Assembly (NCBI RefSeq): GCF_006345805.1
Contig: NC_043003.1
Span: 101,556,001 to 101,620,000 of the forward strand
Direction of reading: 5' to 3'
Source of the DNA: Octopus sinensis
Lineage: Eukaryota
Length of the DNA: 64,000 nucleotides
Below are positions 1 through 12,613 of this stretch, one piece after another. Position 1 is the stretch's first letter, and the number at the start of each line of letters is the position of its first letter. The translations under genes were made by a program, and so were the position numbers. The notes beneath the pieces were generated by a model. It was not told where the DNA came from, did no database searches, and worked only from the letters and a program-made list of their open reading frames with translations.

Positions 1-257
1 TCAAAGGTGATTTATTAATACAAAATTCAATATCCACTAAATAATGATCCTTTTTTTTGCTAAAAGCCTTCCTGATTGCCCCCTCTGTAATCCCCCAAAA
101 CATTGACTATTGGTCCAGCTATGCTATTTGACCATGAAGAGGGGATAGACAGACGGACATAACGCCCATTATAGTAAGATGAAAATTCAAGACTCATCCT
201 CTACACCAAAAGTGTTCAGGCATCACATAAACAGCATTTGTGACAGTGCCACATTAA

Positions 258-1049
258 CCCTTTCGTTACTATATTTCTGACCAAAATACACCCCTCATGA
301 GTTTCAATTAAATTCTAAAATATTCATGAATTTAGGCTTGTTTCATTAAATAACTGTAACTTTTTTACTTATCAACATATTAATGTGATATTTGGAACAT
401 AATTAAAGAAAGGGTTCTTAATCAATTCTATTGCATAACTTTTCTCTCAAAGTGACTTTAATTACAGGTAAATCGAGCAAATGGTAAAAATTTTTAAATT
501 TTAAATTGAGCATAAGGTAAAAATATTTTGTTTAAACATCACCATAGAAAATGAATCATCAGCTAATATTCAAATGGGTATGCAACAAAATTTTGATAAA
601 GAAGAACTGTGCACATCACTAGATCATCAGTTGTATTTAATGCACGACGGGTGTACCATAAAGGTGGAATAAACTGAAATACTGGAATCCACCGCAAGTT
701 TGACCGAACTAAAGAAATCGGTCAAAAAATAATATACGGCCCTGGTTATGGTATGGAAGTGATAAATTCCAGACCACATCGTTCCCTAGGCCATGCTGAC
801 TAACATTATTTTCCCTGTATAAAAATCGATGCCGAAAAAAATGTGGAAAAAAATCTCCAAAATTCACTGAGTTCAGATATCACATCAAGCAATGTCATAC
901 TATAACCCAACTATTTACAAAGTGAAATCACGTGTTTTAACGAATGTACCAACGAGATTTGGGTTCAAATTTACATTTAAATAACAATAGGTTCTCTCGG
1001 CCAGCTACGGCCGGGTTGGTATTACGAACCAAAAAAGTGTTCGAAAGGG
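258..1049. mobile_element. piggyBac-like non-autonomous element
   Basis: TTAA at 254-257 and 1050-1053; termini CCCTTTCG...CGAAAGGG. Confidence 0.75.
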
Positions 1050-1612
1050 TTAAAAGCACCCAGTGCACACTATAATGTGGTTGGTAGTAGGAAGGACATC
1101 CAGCCATAGAAACCAAGCCAAATCAGACTAGAACTTGGTACAGATCTTCACCTTGCCAGCTCTGGTCAAACTGTCTGGTCCATGTCAGCATGGAAAATGA
1201 GCACTAAAGGACGATGATGATGAAGAAGAGATGAATGTGGCCCACCATCACACAGATTTTGCTTCTAGCCAGCAAAGGAAAAGAAAGGACGCATTAGATA
1301 TTATAGTTAAAGATACACTATATCTGAAAGAAAAAAAATTTGGATGGTCATATGTTAAAATATTAAGGGAAAACAGTAACAAAAGTTTTGGAAAATTTTA
1401 TTGCAGAATTTTCCCTTTTAAATAATTTCACCATTTTCTAGCTGTTTCTGATGTCACACACAAACACACACACACATATATACATACATACACACCATAC
1501 ACATGCAAGAGTGATTCCAAATGTAGGAAGTTTGTAAACTTCAAGCAGCCTGTGGCAGGAAGTTACCATATAACTTATGGTTGGTTGCTAACTCTAGTTT
1601 GGACTTGTATGT

Positions 1613-1649
<37 letters not shown>

Positions 1650-1702
1650 TATATACCCTTGTTATATTAATATTTTCATTTGTTTACTTTTATTCTTTTC
1701 AG

Positions 1703-1773
1703 GTGATAGATACAATGAAATATATCTCAAACTCAACCTTTTAAAATATGGTTTGTTGGATAAACTGCTATAA
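1703..1773 (+). CDS. Candidate terminal coding exon of an upstream gene (xDRYNEIYLKLNLLKYGLLDKLL*)
   Basis: Long pyrimidine tract and ttttcag acceptor, open to TAA, followed by unique AT-rich sequence with ATTAAA near 1914. No secure homology. Confidence 0.3.
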
Positions 1774-2094
1774 AGAGGAGATGTGCCTCTAATTTTACTG
1801 TGAATCCTCGAATTACATGAGCTGTTATTGAAGATCATAATCTTACATAATGTAATGTCATTTTCAATGTCAAAAAATTATGTAAAAATTGTTTAAAACT
1901 TACAAGTTTCTCCATTAAAATAGCATCTTATAACAATATTGTTCAATTTATTTTCTGGTTCACTTTCTTTTTTTTTTTATAGTCAGAAGGGATAAAGCAT
2001 TCATTCCTCTTGGTAAGAAATATTCTCTAAAGAAATGCCTGCATTTAATATATATATATATATATATATGCATATATATATATATATATATATA

Positions 2095-2445
2095 TTAGCA
2101 GTATAGCCCAGCATTGCTTGGGTTTGTTTCGACCCTTTAGAATTGAAATTTTTGAAAAGTAAAAATTATGCATTATGTAGCTTTAAGTGAACATTTTTCT
2201 GGTTGAAATACACCGAAAAATGGTGATACAGCAGTAAAAAAATCGCAAAAATAGGGATTTTCATAGGAAAAAAAGCACCTTTTTGGTGTTAACATGGTCC
2301 GATTTGAATGAAGAGCAGGCCTTCTATCATACTCTCAATTTTGGTCAACTTGCGCCACAGGGTCTCAGAGGAGATAGTGTTAGTTGAAGGCTACCAAACC
2401 TGCCACAAACACACACACACAGACAACTTCAACTTTATTTTCATA
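2095..2445 (-). mobile_element. Non-autonomous Helitron-like element (degenerate)
   Basis: Reverse strand ends in aaacccaagcaatgctgggctatactgctaa, the same 3' terminus as 3472-3977. Confidence 0.5.
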
Positions 2446-3416
2446 TATATATATATATATATAGGGGTTCAGTCCCACTGCGTGACACCTTGGGCAAGTG
2501 TCTTCTTTAGCCTCGGGCCAACCAAAGCTTTGTGAGTGGATTTACTAGGCAGAAACTGAAAGAAACCTGTCATATATATGTGTGTGTATTTGTGTCTGTG
2601 TTTGTCCCCCCACCATCGTTTGACATTTGATGTTGGTGTGTTTACATCCCCATAACTTAGCAGTTTGGAAAAAGAGACCAATAGAATAAGTACTGGGTTT
2701 ATACAGAATAAGTCTTAGGTCGATTTGTTCAACTGAAGGCGGTGCTCCAGCATGACTACAGTCAAATGACTGAAACAAACAATATATATATAGAGAGAGA
2801 GAGTGGGAGGTGGGGCTGCTGTAAAAAACCTGGAGTTTTAGTAGAAGCATCATGATTGTCATTGTTTTAACATCAACTTTCCCATACATTGGACAGTTTA
2901 TTGAGCCACATTTATGGTTCGATACTCTTCCTATTGACAACTCATACCTGTTTCCAAGCAAGGTAATATTTCTACATGGCCTGACATGCTTTTGCAGAAT
3001 ATTGGAAATGTATGACAAGATAAGGAGACACACATAAATATACATACCAACATATATGATGGGCTTCTTTCAGTTTCCGTCTAGCAAATCCTCTTCCGAG
3101 ACTGACTTGGGGCTAGAGTAAAACCTACTTGTGCAAAGTACCACACTGTGATAATGAAGCTTGAACCATTTGGCTGGGAAGCAAACTCCTTAATCACACA
3201 GGCCATTTCTAACAAGCATATATTTGAATTGAATGCATTTCTTACTTGTATCCACTAACAACATCTTTTCAATAACTTAATTTACAACCAAGAGCAGTTC
3301 ATTTCCTACGGCTTGGTGTAATGAGTGGCAGGTGCATAGTGCATATTTCAGACAAGAACAGATAATTCTTATGAGTAGTATGTTGCAGAGAGTTTGAAAT
3401 GTTTTCTATGTGTATA

Positions 3417-4790
3417 CAGTGTCCCAAAATTAATGCAACTGAAGTTTCGAGCTCTAATAACTCTCAGTATATCTATATATATAAAACTCTAGTTGTGTGA
3501 GTGTCTGTCCCCTTCGATTTAGATTCCTAACTCCTCCCACATTTTGCGGTGCAGTTTAACCAAATTCGGGTATCTTATAGTCGTGATTCATATCGAGCCC
3601 GTCTGACTATTAGCGCGCGTCAACAATGTGTCTACGATTTTAAAAATAATTTAACATCATTTTTTATTCCATTTTAATGCATAAAATGCATCGTATGTCG
3701 ATGGCGGCGGAGTTGGCGTCCACGCTCACAGCTGCACCTGTTTGCTTCTCCCCCTTCCCTCCCTCGTGAAGCTGTGGGGAAGGAAGTGTAAAGAAATCAA
3801 CATCGTAATGCGTTGTGAAGGAAACCAGCGTTCTTTTAGAACAACGACTTCATGGCTTGAAGACACCAAAACAAAAATGGCTAAGAAAGCCCGAATTTAT
3901 AAGGGAAGTAACTCTCTAAAAATGCTTATATAGTTATTTCCCTTACAAACCCGAGCAACGCCGGGCGATACTGCTAGTAAGACATAAAAATTATACATCA
4001 TTATAAAAGCTTAGTGTGTCTTCTTTTTGTTTCAGACTAAATAAATTCAGATTCAGTCTTGGGCAACCTGTGGCCCTCAACACACTGAATGGCACACCTA
4101 ACAAAAAACTTACCTCAAATTCTTTTAGTACATCTAGCCTGATGATGAACCATGTCTCATGCAGTCCACTAGCTGAAAAGGGTTGTCAATGCCTAATTGA
4201 GAGGACTATAGACTGAAATACAGCTATGGCAAAAAAGCTTAAAATTAACTGAACAGCAGTCTGGAAAATTATCAAGAGACTGGTTCCACTGCTGATCACC
4301 TTACTTGGCTGAAATGGGAATGTGTGGTTCCCTCAACTTATTGAAAGTACCAGAGAAAAACTATGGCGAAATCCTTGTCATTCCATCAGAAAACTGGCTC
4401 CCACAACAAAAATAAGCTAAACATCAATGTATCAAGTGCTCGGGACCCACCCCTACAAGATGATCTGCCGTCATGAGTTCATGCAAGTTTATAAGGCCAT
4501 TAGACTGGAGAGATCATCTTATACTGCATCAAATTGCTGAAGGCATGCTGCCCAGCCTGGTGTTCACTGATGAAAAGAAATTTGACATTGACCACATACT
4601 AAACTACCAGAATGACTGACTTTAGAGTATATCTGGCTCCATCAAGGGTAGACTCCTACATCAATGTCAAACTCCAGTCAAGTTATGGTTTGGGCAGCTG
4701 TGACAGCCACTGGAAGGTATCCCCTTGTTTTTGTGCCATTGGGTGTTAAAATAACACCTAGCAATACATTAGCTAATCAACGGCAGCATT
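3417..4790 (+). mobile_element. maT/DD37D-like Tc1-mariner relic, 3'-truncated, interrupted by a Helitron
   Basis: TA|CAGTGTCCCAAAATTAATGCAAC terminus; decayed frames give LVFTDEKKFDI and VMVWAAVTATGRYPLVFVPLGVK. Confidence 0.7.
3472..3977 (+). mobile_element. Non-autonomous Helitron
   Basis: A|TC start, CTAG|T end, subterminal hairpin CCCG-AGCAACGC-CGGG; second copy at ~13934-14436. Confidence 0.8.
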
Positions 4791-6853
4791 TGTCCTGTAT
4801 TTCTGGACTGCCATGTTAGCTTGGTGATAACTACTAATTTCCAGTACTGCTGCTGTAGTCTCCTCTAGAGACTTAGAAATATTAATATTTCTATTATAAT
4901 TTAAATTACTTAGAAATAGAAAGTTTGTATCATGGACCAGGGGCAGAATCAAAAGGGTTTAAAATTTTTTTAAATTTTCATAGAGGAAGATGGTAACAGG
5001 AAAGAAATAACTGAATGTATAGAAGAGTGTCAATAATACAGAAGAGAGCTTTAAAAATGTTGCACATTTGCTTAATACCAACATAAACTGGGAACAATAC
5101 AATTTACTACAGAATGAGAAAGAATGAGACAACTATTGATAACATTGTGAATAGAAGCAACTGAAGATGTAGATTGTGCTTTGTTGCTGACCAAAATTGG
5201 ACGAATTGCTATGGAAATAATTTTTGTTTTAGGAATAAGAGACTTTAAATGAAAAATATTAATTTGGTAATTTAAGATAAAAGAGTGAAAATTTCTCCAG
5301 GATATTTATTTTGGGTTAACTACATTGCGCTTAGCTTATGTTTTGCATGCAGAAAGCCTCCCTTGTTATTTTAAATTGCCTCATCAGCGAATATTTTTCA
5401 CTCAAAACTCTTCTTCCTCTCAAAGTTGTTGTACGGTTTGGTTAGTGCAAGACTGCTCTCCTGAAGCATGTCTGAAGTTGTCATCGTACTTAATTAACAG
5501 TCTCTATCCCTGTTGTCATCATCATTTAACGTCCACTTTCCATGCTAGCATGGGTTGGACGATTTGACTGAGGTCTGGTGAACCAGACTTCAATCTGATC
5601 TGGCAGAGTTTCTACAGCTTGATGCCCTTCCTAACGCCAACCACTCCGAGAGTGTAGTGGGTGCTTTTATGTGCCACCGGCACGAGGGCCAGTTTGGTGG
5701 TACTGGCAACGGCCACACCCAAATGGTGCTTTTTACGTGCCACCTCCACAGGAGCCAGTCCAATGGCACTGGCAACGACCTCGCTCGAATATTTCACAAG
5801 CACAAGTGCTAGTAGGGCGACGCGGTAACGATCACGCTCGAATGGTGTGCACGGAGACCAGCTTGTTGCTCTGGCAACGATCTCACTCGTATGGTACTCT
5901 TAGTGCTCCACTAGCAATGGATGCCAGTCACCGAATTTATTTATTTCAGAGTCGTCTCCCTTACTTTAGCAAGCACTCTCAAAACTGCTAATTATTTTTC
6001 TTTTCAGCCTGGATGTAGATTTAATTGAATAAAAACAATTGGTGAGGTTTTAACTATGTTAACATGTACTTAACTATATACAGTAATTATCAAGTTGTCA
6101 AACGCTTTTTTTTATGTGGGCATAAACGTTGTCATTATTAGCTGAATGCTCTTATATATCACATACCACACACATTTGCACATAGAATTATGTGTACATC
6201 AACATATAAGTAGATGGTGCAATGCATTCTGTGTAGTAAAGAGTCTTAGGCTGGTTGTGAGAAGAAAGCAAGAGTAGTCATGATGATCATTGTTTAACAT
6301 CTGTTTTCCATGCAGGCAGTTTGACAGAAGTGGCCAGCCAGGGAGCTGTCCAAACTCAAATGTCTGCTGTGTCTGTTTCTATGGCTGGATGCCCTTCCAA
6401 ATGCCAACCACTTTACAGAGTGAGCTGGGTGCTTTTTTAGTGGGTTTTGTGACATACTAAATACAGTAAACATGTCTTGGAAATGTAGGCCCTACCATCT
6501 TAAAAGGGAGGACATTTTCAGTGATGTAGTCTATGATAAACTATCTGAATATACAAAGGTTAAGTCTGGAATTCCTTTGACCATTGTCTTCATGATTGAA
6601 GCTGAATATCTAAAAAAGAAGTCTGAGATGCTATGTGGTAACTTAATGTTAGAAATAACAGTTAAATTGCCTTCAGTTCACACCCTATCATTTAAAAAAA
6701 AGGAAGGATACAGTATGTCTGCCAAAATACAATAGTTGTGGTTGGGGTGTTAGGCCAGTGTGACATCTGAATATACACTGACTTATTTAATGGATAGGTT
6801 TGTGTGGTTTAAGATATTAGGAGTTATGTTAAACAGGAGAGATTTAAACTGGG

Positions 6854-6901
<48 letters not shown>

Positions 6902-7015
6902 ATATTTCGGAATGGTCATATTGCCAGTTTAGCCAATAAAAACACAAGCACTATATATTTGGTGTTATTTTGCTTCAGTGTTATTTATTTTTTACATTAA
7001 TCTTAATCTTATTTC

Positions 7016-7060
7016 GGCCAGAGTTCTTTCGTCACACTCCTGTGACCGCATCAGTGGTCC
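7016..7060 (-). ncRNA. Minimal hammerhead-like motif in PLE 3' pseudo-LTR (sense to ORF)
   Basis: Same sequence as 9815-9859 on the opposite strand, downstream of the PLE ORF. Confidence 0.55.
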
Positions 7061-7569
7061 TTTGTTTTCTTCTTTCGTATTTGTGTCTCTCCTTACTAAC
7101 CGTCAGCCATTTTGTATTTCTATTGTATGTCTTCATTTGTGCATGCTTATATCTCTATGTGCATCTATGTTTATTTAGTGTGTGTGGGGGGGGATGCCTG
7201 TAATATTTGTATCTTCTGTTTATATACATTCATGTAATTTGTATTTTGTTTTTGTTGTTGTTGCTTTTGTTCTAATTTTGTTCATGTGTTTACATCCACC
7301 CATTATTATCATTACATATGCTTGTATGTATGTATAACAACAATATTAGTAAGAATAATAATAAATCTAATCGAAAAAAAAAAAAAATATATATATATAT
7401 ATACATACATATACATACATAGATATATATATACATATATATAGTTATTCATATACATATATATACATACATATACATACATAGATATATATACATATAT
7501 ATAGTTATTCATTTCTATTTGTTTATCTATCTGTGTATTTATTTATTATGTTTTCAGGATCCTCTATCG

Positions 7570-9693
7570 TCATATGTTGTGGTGTGTGCTATTGCTCCAT
7601 TCTAGTTTTCTATTCAGGCTAGGTTTATTTTCTATTATGTGTGTAGCTTCTGTAATTTGTCTAATTGTTGCATCTAATCTATGTGTGGATAATATTTTAA
7701 TTTCTATGTTATTGATTGATCCCCCGTGTTCCTGTTCGGCGTGTTGGTACAGAATCAATGAGCTTTTACCTTCCTTGAGTTGTCTCCAATGCTCATTTAC
7801 CCGCTCTCCTATGCTTCTTGCCGTTTCCCCTACGTATGTTATTGTCTTGTTACTGCATCGTCCCTCTATACATCTTATACTATAGACTACATTTCTGGCT
7901 TTACAGTTTGTTTGTGGGCTAAATCTACATACAGTGCAATAGTTATCCGTACAGAGGGTTCTACTAAAAGGATAGGTTCTACCAATTATCGATTTTATAG
8001 GGTTGCCTGGCTTTTCAACAACCTTAATTCTTAGTTTAAGTTTATCTAGGGTCCTTCTAAAGTGGTACGCCAGTTCACCTCCAGGGGTGGTGTCAACGAA
8101 CATGACACTCTGGTATTTATGGCTATCATACGAAGAGTTGGCCTTCCCTATTTTCTTTTTTGTCCTTTCTATAGTGTTCCATGACTTGTTCCTATAGAGT
8201 GGGCAAATCCCATTCCTATCATTACATAATATATTATCAAATTTCTTCATGGCTCCTTTGTATACTCTGATCCTTTCTTTATGGCTGTAACCTGAGAACT
8301 GCATGCGGTGAATGAAATACTGTATGTGTCTCTTTAATTCTGTTGGCTCGCACATGCGTGACACATTTCTCGTTATTCTGACGAGGTCTGCCATCAAAAT
8401 ATTGAATTTGGCATTGCCTGCAATGGCTGAGTTCTGGTGGATCAGGTATTTTGAGGCCATAGGTTTTGCATAGTATGAATGAATGATTTGGGTTTTATTT
8501 TTCACAATTTCTAGCCAGAGTTCAGTGTCTAGTACCGGTAGTCTATGGTTGGGGTGTTTAGTGGGGTAGTCTATTGTGACCTTAATACTCTGGTGGATGG
8601 AGTTAGCTATTTGCTGGATGCTCTCCATAGTATTAGTTTCTATTACTATATCAACATTACTCTCTTGTGGGGGTGCCTTTACCACTATGTTGATATCATC
8701 AACATAGCGAGAGTACATGTTTACGAGTATGGATTTCTGCAGTAGGCGTTCTTTAAGCCTTCTGTCCCACCATACCATGAAAAGGTTGGCCACATCACCA
8801 GCGATACTAATACCGATGGCTGCCCCCTCGTCCTGGGCATATATTTTATTATTAAATTTAAATGTGTGGCCTTTTAGGGTAACTCTTATACTAGCTCCTA
8901 GTGCATGTGTGATCATTTTCTTTACCTGTTGGACATTTGCGGGGCTCCGTATGGCTCTGGTCCATCCGCGCCATCTTTCTATATGTGTCTTCCTAGCCAT
9001 AGAAGTAATTGTAGGCGGTCTACCTCTTAAACATCTACTGGGGCAGAAACTACTAAGATTATGTTTATCTAAGTATTCGTTATTATATGTCAGTCTAAGT
9101 AGGAGGCCCAGTTCTTCTGTGTTGACATTACAGAACTCCACCTGGCTCTCATTGATCATCTCCACGCACTTCTCCACTGCAAAATCTACATCAATCGATG
9201 GGTATAGGGATACCACATCCATGCTACCTACTATACATCCTGTCAGGTCACAAGTTTTGTTACAGTCACTGATCCTGCTTAGGAGATCTTCTGTGCTGTC
9301 ACACACATCAGGTGACATCCTGATTATAGGGCGTATAATCATTGAGAGGAAGTAGGAGATTCTGTAATTGCTAGCTGGTCTTGTTGGTGGTCCTGCTATA
9401 GGGTCAGTAAAAACTTTATGGTCCTTGTGAAGTCCATACAGTGCCAGGATATCATTGTTCCAGGCTTGGAAATTCTTTGCAGTACGTTTCTGGGGTCCCA
9501 GAACAATTGTCCACATCATCATGTGGGCATTGAGGACCTTTTCTCTCTCCTCATGTGCCTGTACAGTTGTTATTTTTGTATCGGCGATATGAGGTTGCAT
9601 TGCCTGGATGTAGTTCGGTAAGCTGTCTATTGACATCCTGCCGGACTTATATAAACAGAAGATACAAATATTACAGGCATCCCCCCCACACAC
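7570..9693 (-). CDS. PLE reverse transcriptase + GIY-YIG endonuclease (707-aa frame; first ~16 aa come from the inverted repeat)
   Basis: RT motifs SMDVVSLYPSI, QDEGAAIG..ANLFM and RYVDD; Cys-rich linker; NVVYSIRC...YVGETARSIGERVNEH endonuclease. Confidence 0.93.
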   Translation of the reverse strand: MCGGDACNICIFCLYKSGRMSIDSLPNYIQAMQPHIADTKITTVQAHEEREKVLNAHMMMWTIVLGPQKRTAKNFQAWNNDILALYGLHKDHKVFTDPIAGPPTRPASNYRISYFLSMIIRPIIRMSPDVCDSTEDLLSRISDCNKTCDLTGCIVGSMDVVSLYPSIDVDFAVEKCVEMINESQVEFCNVNTEELGLLLRLTYNNEYLDKHNLSSFCPSRCLRGRPPTITSMARKTHIERWRGWTRAIRSPANVQQVKKMITHALGASIRVTLKGHTFKFNNKIYAQDEGAAIGISIAGDVANLFMVWWDRRLKERLLQKSILVNMYSRYVDDINIVVKAPPQESNVDIVIETNTMESIQQIANSIHQSIKVTIDYPTKHPNHRLPVLDTELWLEIVKNKTQIIHSYYAKPMASKYLIHQNSAIAGNAKFNILMADLVRITRNVSRMCEPTELKRHIQYFIHRMQFSGYSHKERIRVYKGAMKKFDNILCNDRNGICPLYRNKSWNTIERTKKKIGKANSSYDSHKYQSVMFVDTTPGGELAYHFRRTLDKLKLRIKVVEKPGNPIKSIIGRTYPFSRTLCTDNYCTVCRFSPQTNCKARNVVYSIRCIEGRCSNKTITYVGETARSIGERVNEHWRQLKEGKSSLILYQHAEQEHGGSINNIEIKILSTHRLDATIRQITEATHIIENKPSLNRKLEWSNSTHHNI

Positions 9694-9814
9694 ACACTAA
9701 ATAAACATAGACGCACATAGAGATATAAGCATGCGCAAATGAAGACATACAATAGAAATACAAAATGGCTGACGGTTAGTAAGGAGAGACACAAATACGA
9801 AAGAAGAAAACAAA

Positions 9815-9859
9815 GGACCACTGATGCGGTCACAGGAGTGTGACGAAAGAACTCTGGCC
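9815..9859 (+). ncRNA. Minimal hammerhead-like motif in PLE pseudo-LTR (inverted copy)
   Basis: GGACCA-CTGATGC-G-GTCACA/TGTGAC-GAAAG-AA-CTC^TGGCC; core has C instead of A9. Confidence 0.55.
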
Positions 9860-10038
9860 GAAATAAGATTAAGATTAATGTAAAAACTAAATATCACTGA
9901 AGCAAAATAACACCAAATATATAGTGCTTGTGTTTTTATTGGCTAAACTGGCAATATGACCATTCCGAAATATAACAATATCTGTTTCAACACACGACTT
10001 CACATAAAAAATCTTGCACAACAAATATTTAAACGTAC

Positions 10039-10072
<34 letters not shown>

Positions 10073-11419
10073 ATATATATATATATAATATATATATATA
10101 ATGTAAAACAGAATTTGTGTTTGTGTGTGGTGTGTATGTCCCTTATGGATTCAAAAACTGAGTTGCCAATTTTGATGTATGAGATATCAAAAGATTCAGT
10201 AATCTTTAGACTACCATATGATGTCTGCTTTTTGCACAAGAACTCTATTTTTACTATAAAAATAACCTCGAAAACAAGGTCAGGATACACAATTTTGAGG
10301 TCATGTTCAGGCAATATTTGGATTTGTTTCTAATCTATGCTGCCAATTTTAATGTTTTTGATGTCAAAAAATGCAGCAGTTTTATGAGTGTATTTGTGAG
10401 GCATAAAACCCTATTTGTCAACGGTAAATGAACAAAAACCATGCTTTTTGGGAGCAATTATTGGCATATTTTCCATCAATAATGGCCTTTGTGCCACAAC
10501 TAAGCTGCCAATGTGAACATCTTCAGTATTCCATGATTAAACAATGTCGTTGAAGTATTGTGATGCCATTTCTTTGCACAAAGCCCTATTTTTCAACAGA
10601 CTAATGAACCATGTTCTGGCATAATTGTGGCATTACTACCAAAAACAATTTGTCTGTGTAGATTTTTTTAGTAACAAACAACTCAGGAATGCCAAAAGAG
10701 CATTCTCAGATTTAAATTCAATAAAATTTCCTCAAGGATCAAGCACAGTAAGAGCTTATATTTGTTCAAGTGTGGTAAAGATGTGAAGCAATGACTAAAA
10801 GCTTTCAAGCTTTTTTGTCTTTAACATTTTTCTCTTTATTCAACCCAATTTATGCAAAGTCACTTATTATTATTTATTCATGCCTATTATTCATTCCATA
10901 AGCCACAAAGTTTGTAAGGATTTTGCTACAATCTCTGTATTTTTCACGGAGGTTGAGCAGGTGGTGTGATGGAAAAAATGTCTGACCTGATGACCTCAGT
11001 GAAGACAACAACAACACTGTGCATCTATGCAAGGGCAAATTAAGGTTACACACACTTATGAGTTCACTCACAAGGCATGTCCCTTCACTGGTTGGGATGC
11101 ACACCGGGTTTATTGATTGGTGCAATTTCAAATCACTAAAACTCGAGAACTACCCAACTGACTTCATTCAAATTTTACACAGGGTTCATGCAGTGTCACA
11201 GGCCAAAATAATTTTCAACTTCTTACCTAACATGAGCCTGAAGTAATCTCTTATCTCTTACACTATTTCAGTATTATATGTCAAAAGCGAAACAATAACA
11301 TCTCTATTGTAATGTGATTTACTCTTATACTGAAAATTTTATATACTTTCACTATTAATACTGAAACTATTATCTCATATATACATGCATACACACACAC
11401 ATATATTATGTATATATGT

Positions 11420-11464
<45 letters not shown>

Positions 11465-11466
<2 letters not shown>

Positions 11467-11790
11467 AGCATTCCATCAGTTACGACGATGAGGTTGCTAG
11501 CTGATACAATCAACGGAACAGCTTGCTCGTGAAATTAACACGCAAGTCGCTGAGCACCCCACAGACACGTGTACCCATAATGTAGTTCTCTAGGAGATTC
11601 AGTGTGACACAGTGTGTGACAAGGCTGGCCCTTTGAAATACAAGTAATACTCATTTTTGCCAACTGAGTGGACCGGAGCAAAGTGAAATAAAGTGTCTTG
11701 CTCAAGAACATAATGCATCGTCAGGAACTGAACTCATGACCTTACGATTGTGAGTGGATTGCACTAACCACTAAGCTACGCACCTGCACT
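11465..11790 (-). mobile_element. tRNA-derived SINE; related head at ~63885-64000 (+)
   Basis: Reverse strand gtagcttagtggttag...gagttcagttcc head. Confidence 0.6.
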
Positions 11791-12037
11791 TTATATATAT
11801 ATATATATATTTTCAATTAATCAATTTAGGGTAGCAAAAAATTCAGTAAAAATTTATCGCTACCAGCGGCCTAGTGGAAAAGAGAAAATAGTCAAAGACT
11901 AAATATATATAAATATAACAATTTAGGAATGGCCTAAACAGGCCATTCGTCCACCAGAAAGAGCAGCCAGAACTCCAACCGCCAAGTAGTGTAATTCGGA
12001 AATAAGGTGAAAATTTAAAAACATTTACCCTAATTCA

Positions 12038-12138
12038 TCTTTTATACGATGCATCGTTTCAGTGTCTTTAATGATAGACCAGCTTAATTAAATTAAATTA
12101 AGCTAGTCTACCATAGGTCACACTTCATCAGTAAAAGA
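12038..12138 (-). ncRNA. Mirror copy of the type I hammerhead ribozyme
   Basis: Left arm of the palindrome; reverse complement of 12242-12342. Confidence 0.85.
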
Positions 12139-12241
12139 AACCTGGGAGAGACGGATATACACGAGGCGACTGTATCAATGCCTTGGGAATATCCCGAGGC
12201 ATTGATACAGTCGCCTCGTGTATATCCGTCTCTCCCAGGTT

Positions 12242-12342
12242 TCTTTTACTGATGAAGTGTGACCTATGGTAGACTAGCTTAATTTAATTTAATTAAGCTG
12301 GTCTATCATTAAAGACACTGAAACGATGCATCGTATAAAAGA
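12242..12342 (+). ncRNA. Type I hammerhead ribozyme with extended stem II
   Basis: Stem I TCTTTTA/TAAAAGA, core CTGATGA, stem II AGTGT/ACACT, GAAAC, palindromic stem III ACGATGCATCGT, GUA cleavage triplet. Confidence 0.85.
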
Positions 12343-12464
12343 TGAATTAGGGTAAATGTTTTTAAATTTTCACCTTATTTCCGAATTACACTACTTGGCG
12401 GTTGGAGTTCTGGCTGCTCTTTCTGGTGGACGAATGGCCTGTTTAGGCCATTCCTAAATTGTTA

Positions 12465-12518
<54 letters not shown>

Positions 12519-12563
12519 CGTGTGTGTGTGTGTATATATATATGTGTGTGTGTATGTGTGTAT

Positions 12564-12613
<50 letters not shown>

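Larger units (their letters stand above)
6897..9985 (-). mobile_element. Penelope-like retroelement, 5'-truncated, with inverted pseudo-LTR copies
   Basis: RT+GIY-YIG ORF; 6897-~7225 is the reverse complement of ~9646-9985 with only a handful of differences. Confidence 0.92.
11903..12477. repeat. Near-perfect ~575-bp palindrome centred at 12190
   Basis: Arms are reverse complements with one visible mismatch near the centre; 3-nt loop ATA at 12189-12191. Confidence 0.95.

Noticed and set aside
830-960. piggyBac Cys-rich C-terminal remnant
   Set aside because: Too degenerate and requires frameshifts; not supportable by eye.
4114-4172. Minus-strand exon-like segment (SGLHETWFIIRLDVLKEFE) with good splice sites
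   Set aside because: Lies within the 5' region of the maT transposon relic.
5335-5400. CTGATGAG on - strand
   Set aside because: Downstream GAAA and stems I/III could not be formed convincingly.
6008-6041. + strand exon-like segment with strong splice signals
   Set aside because: Stops in all three frames; no other support.
8717-9355. 212-aa + strand ORF
   Set aside because: Antisense shadow of the PLE RT frame.
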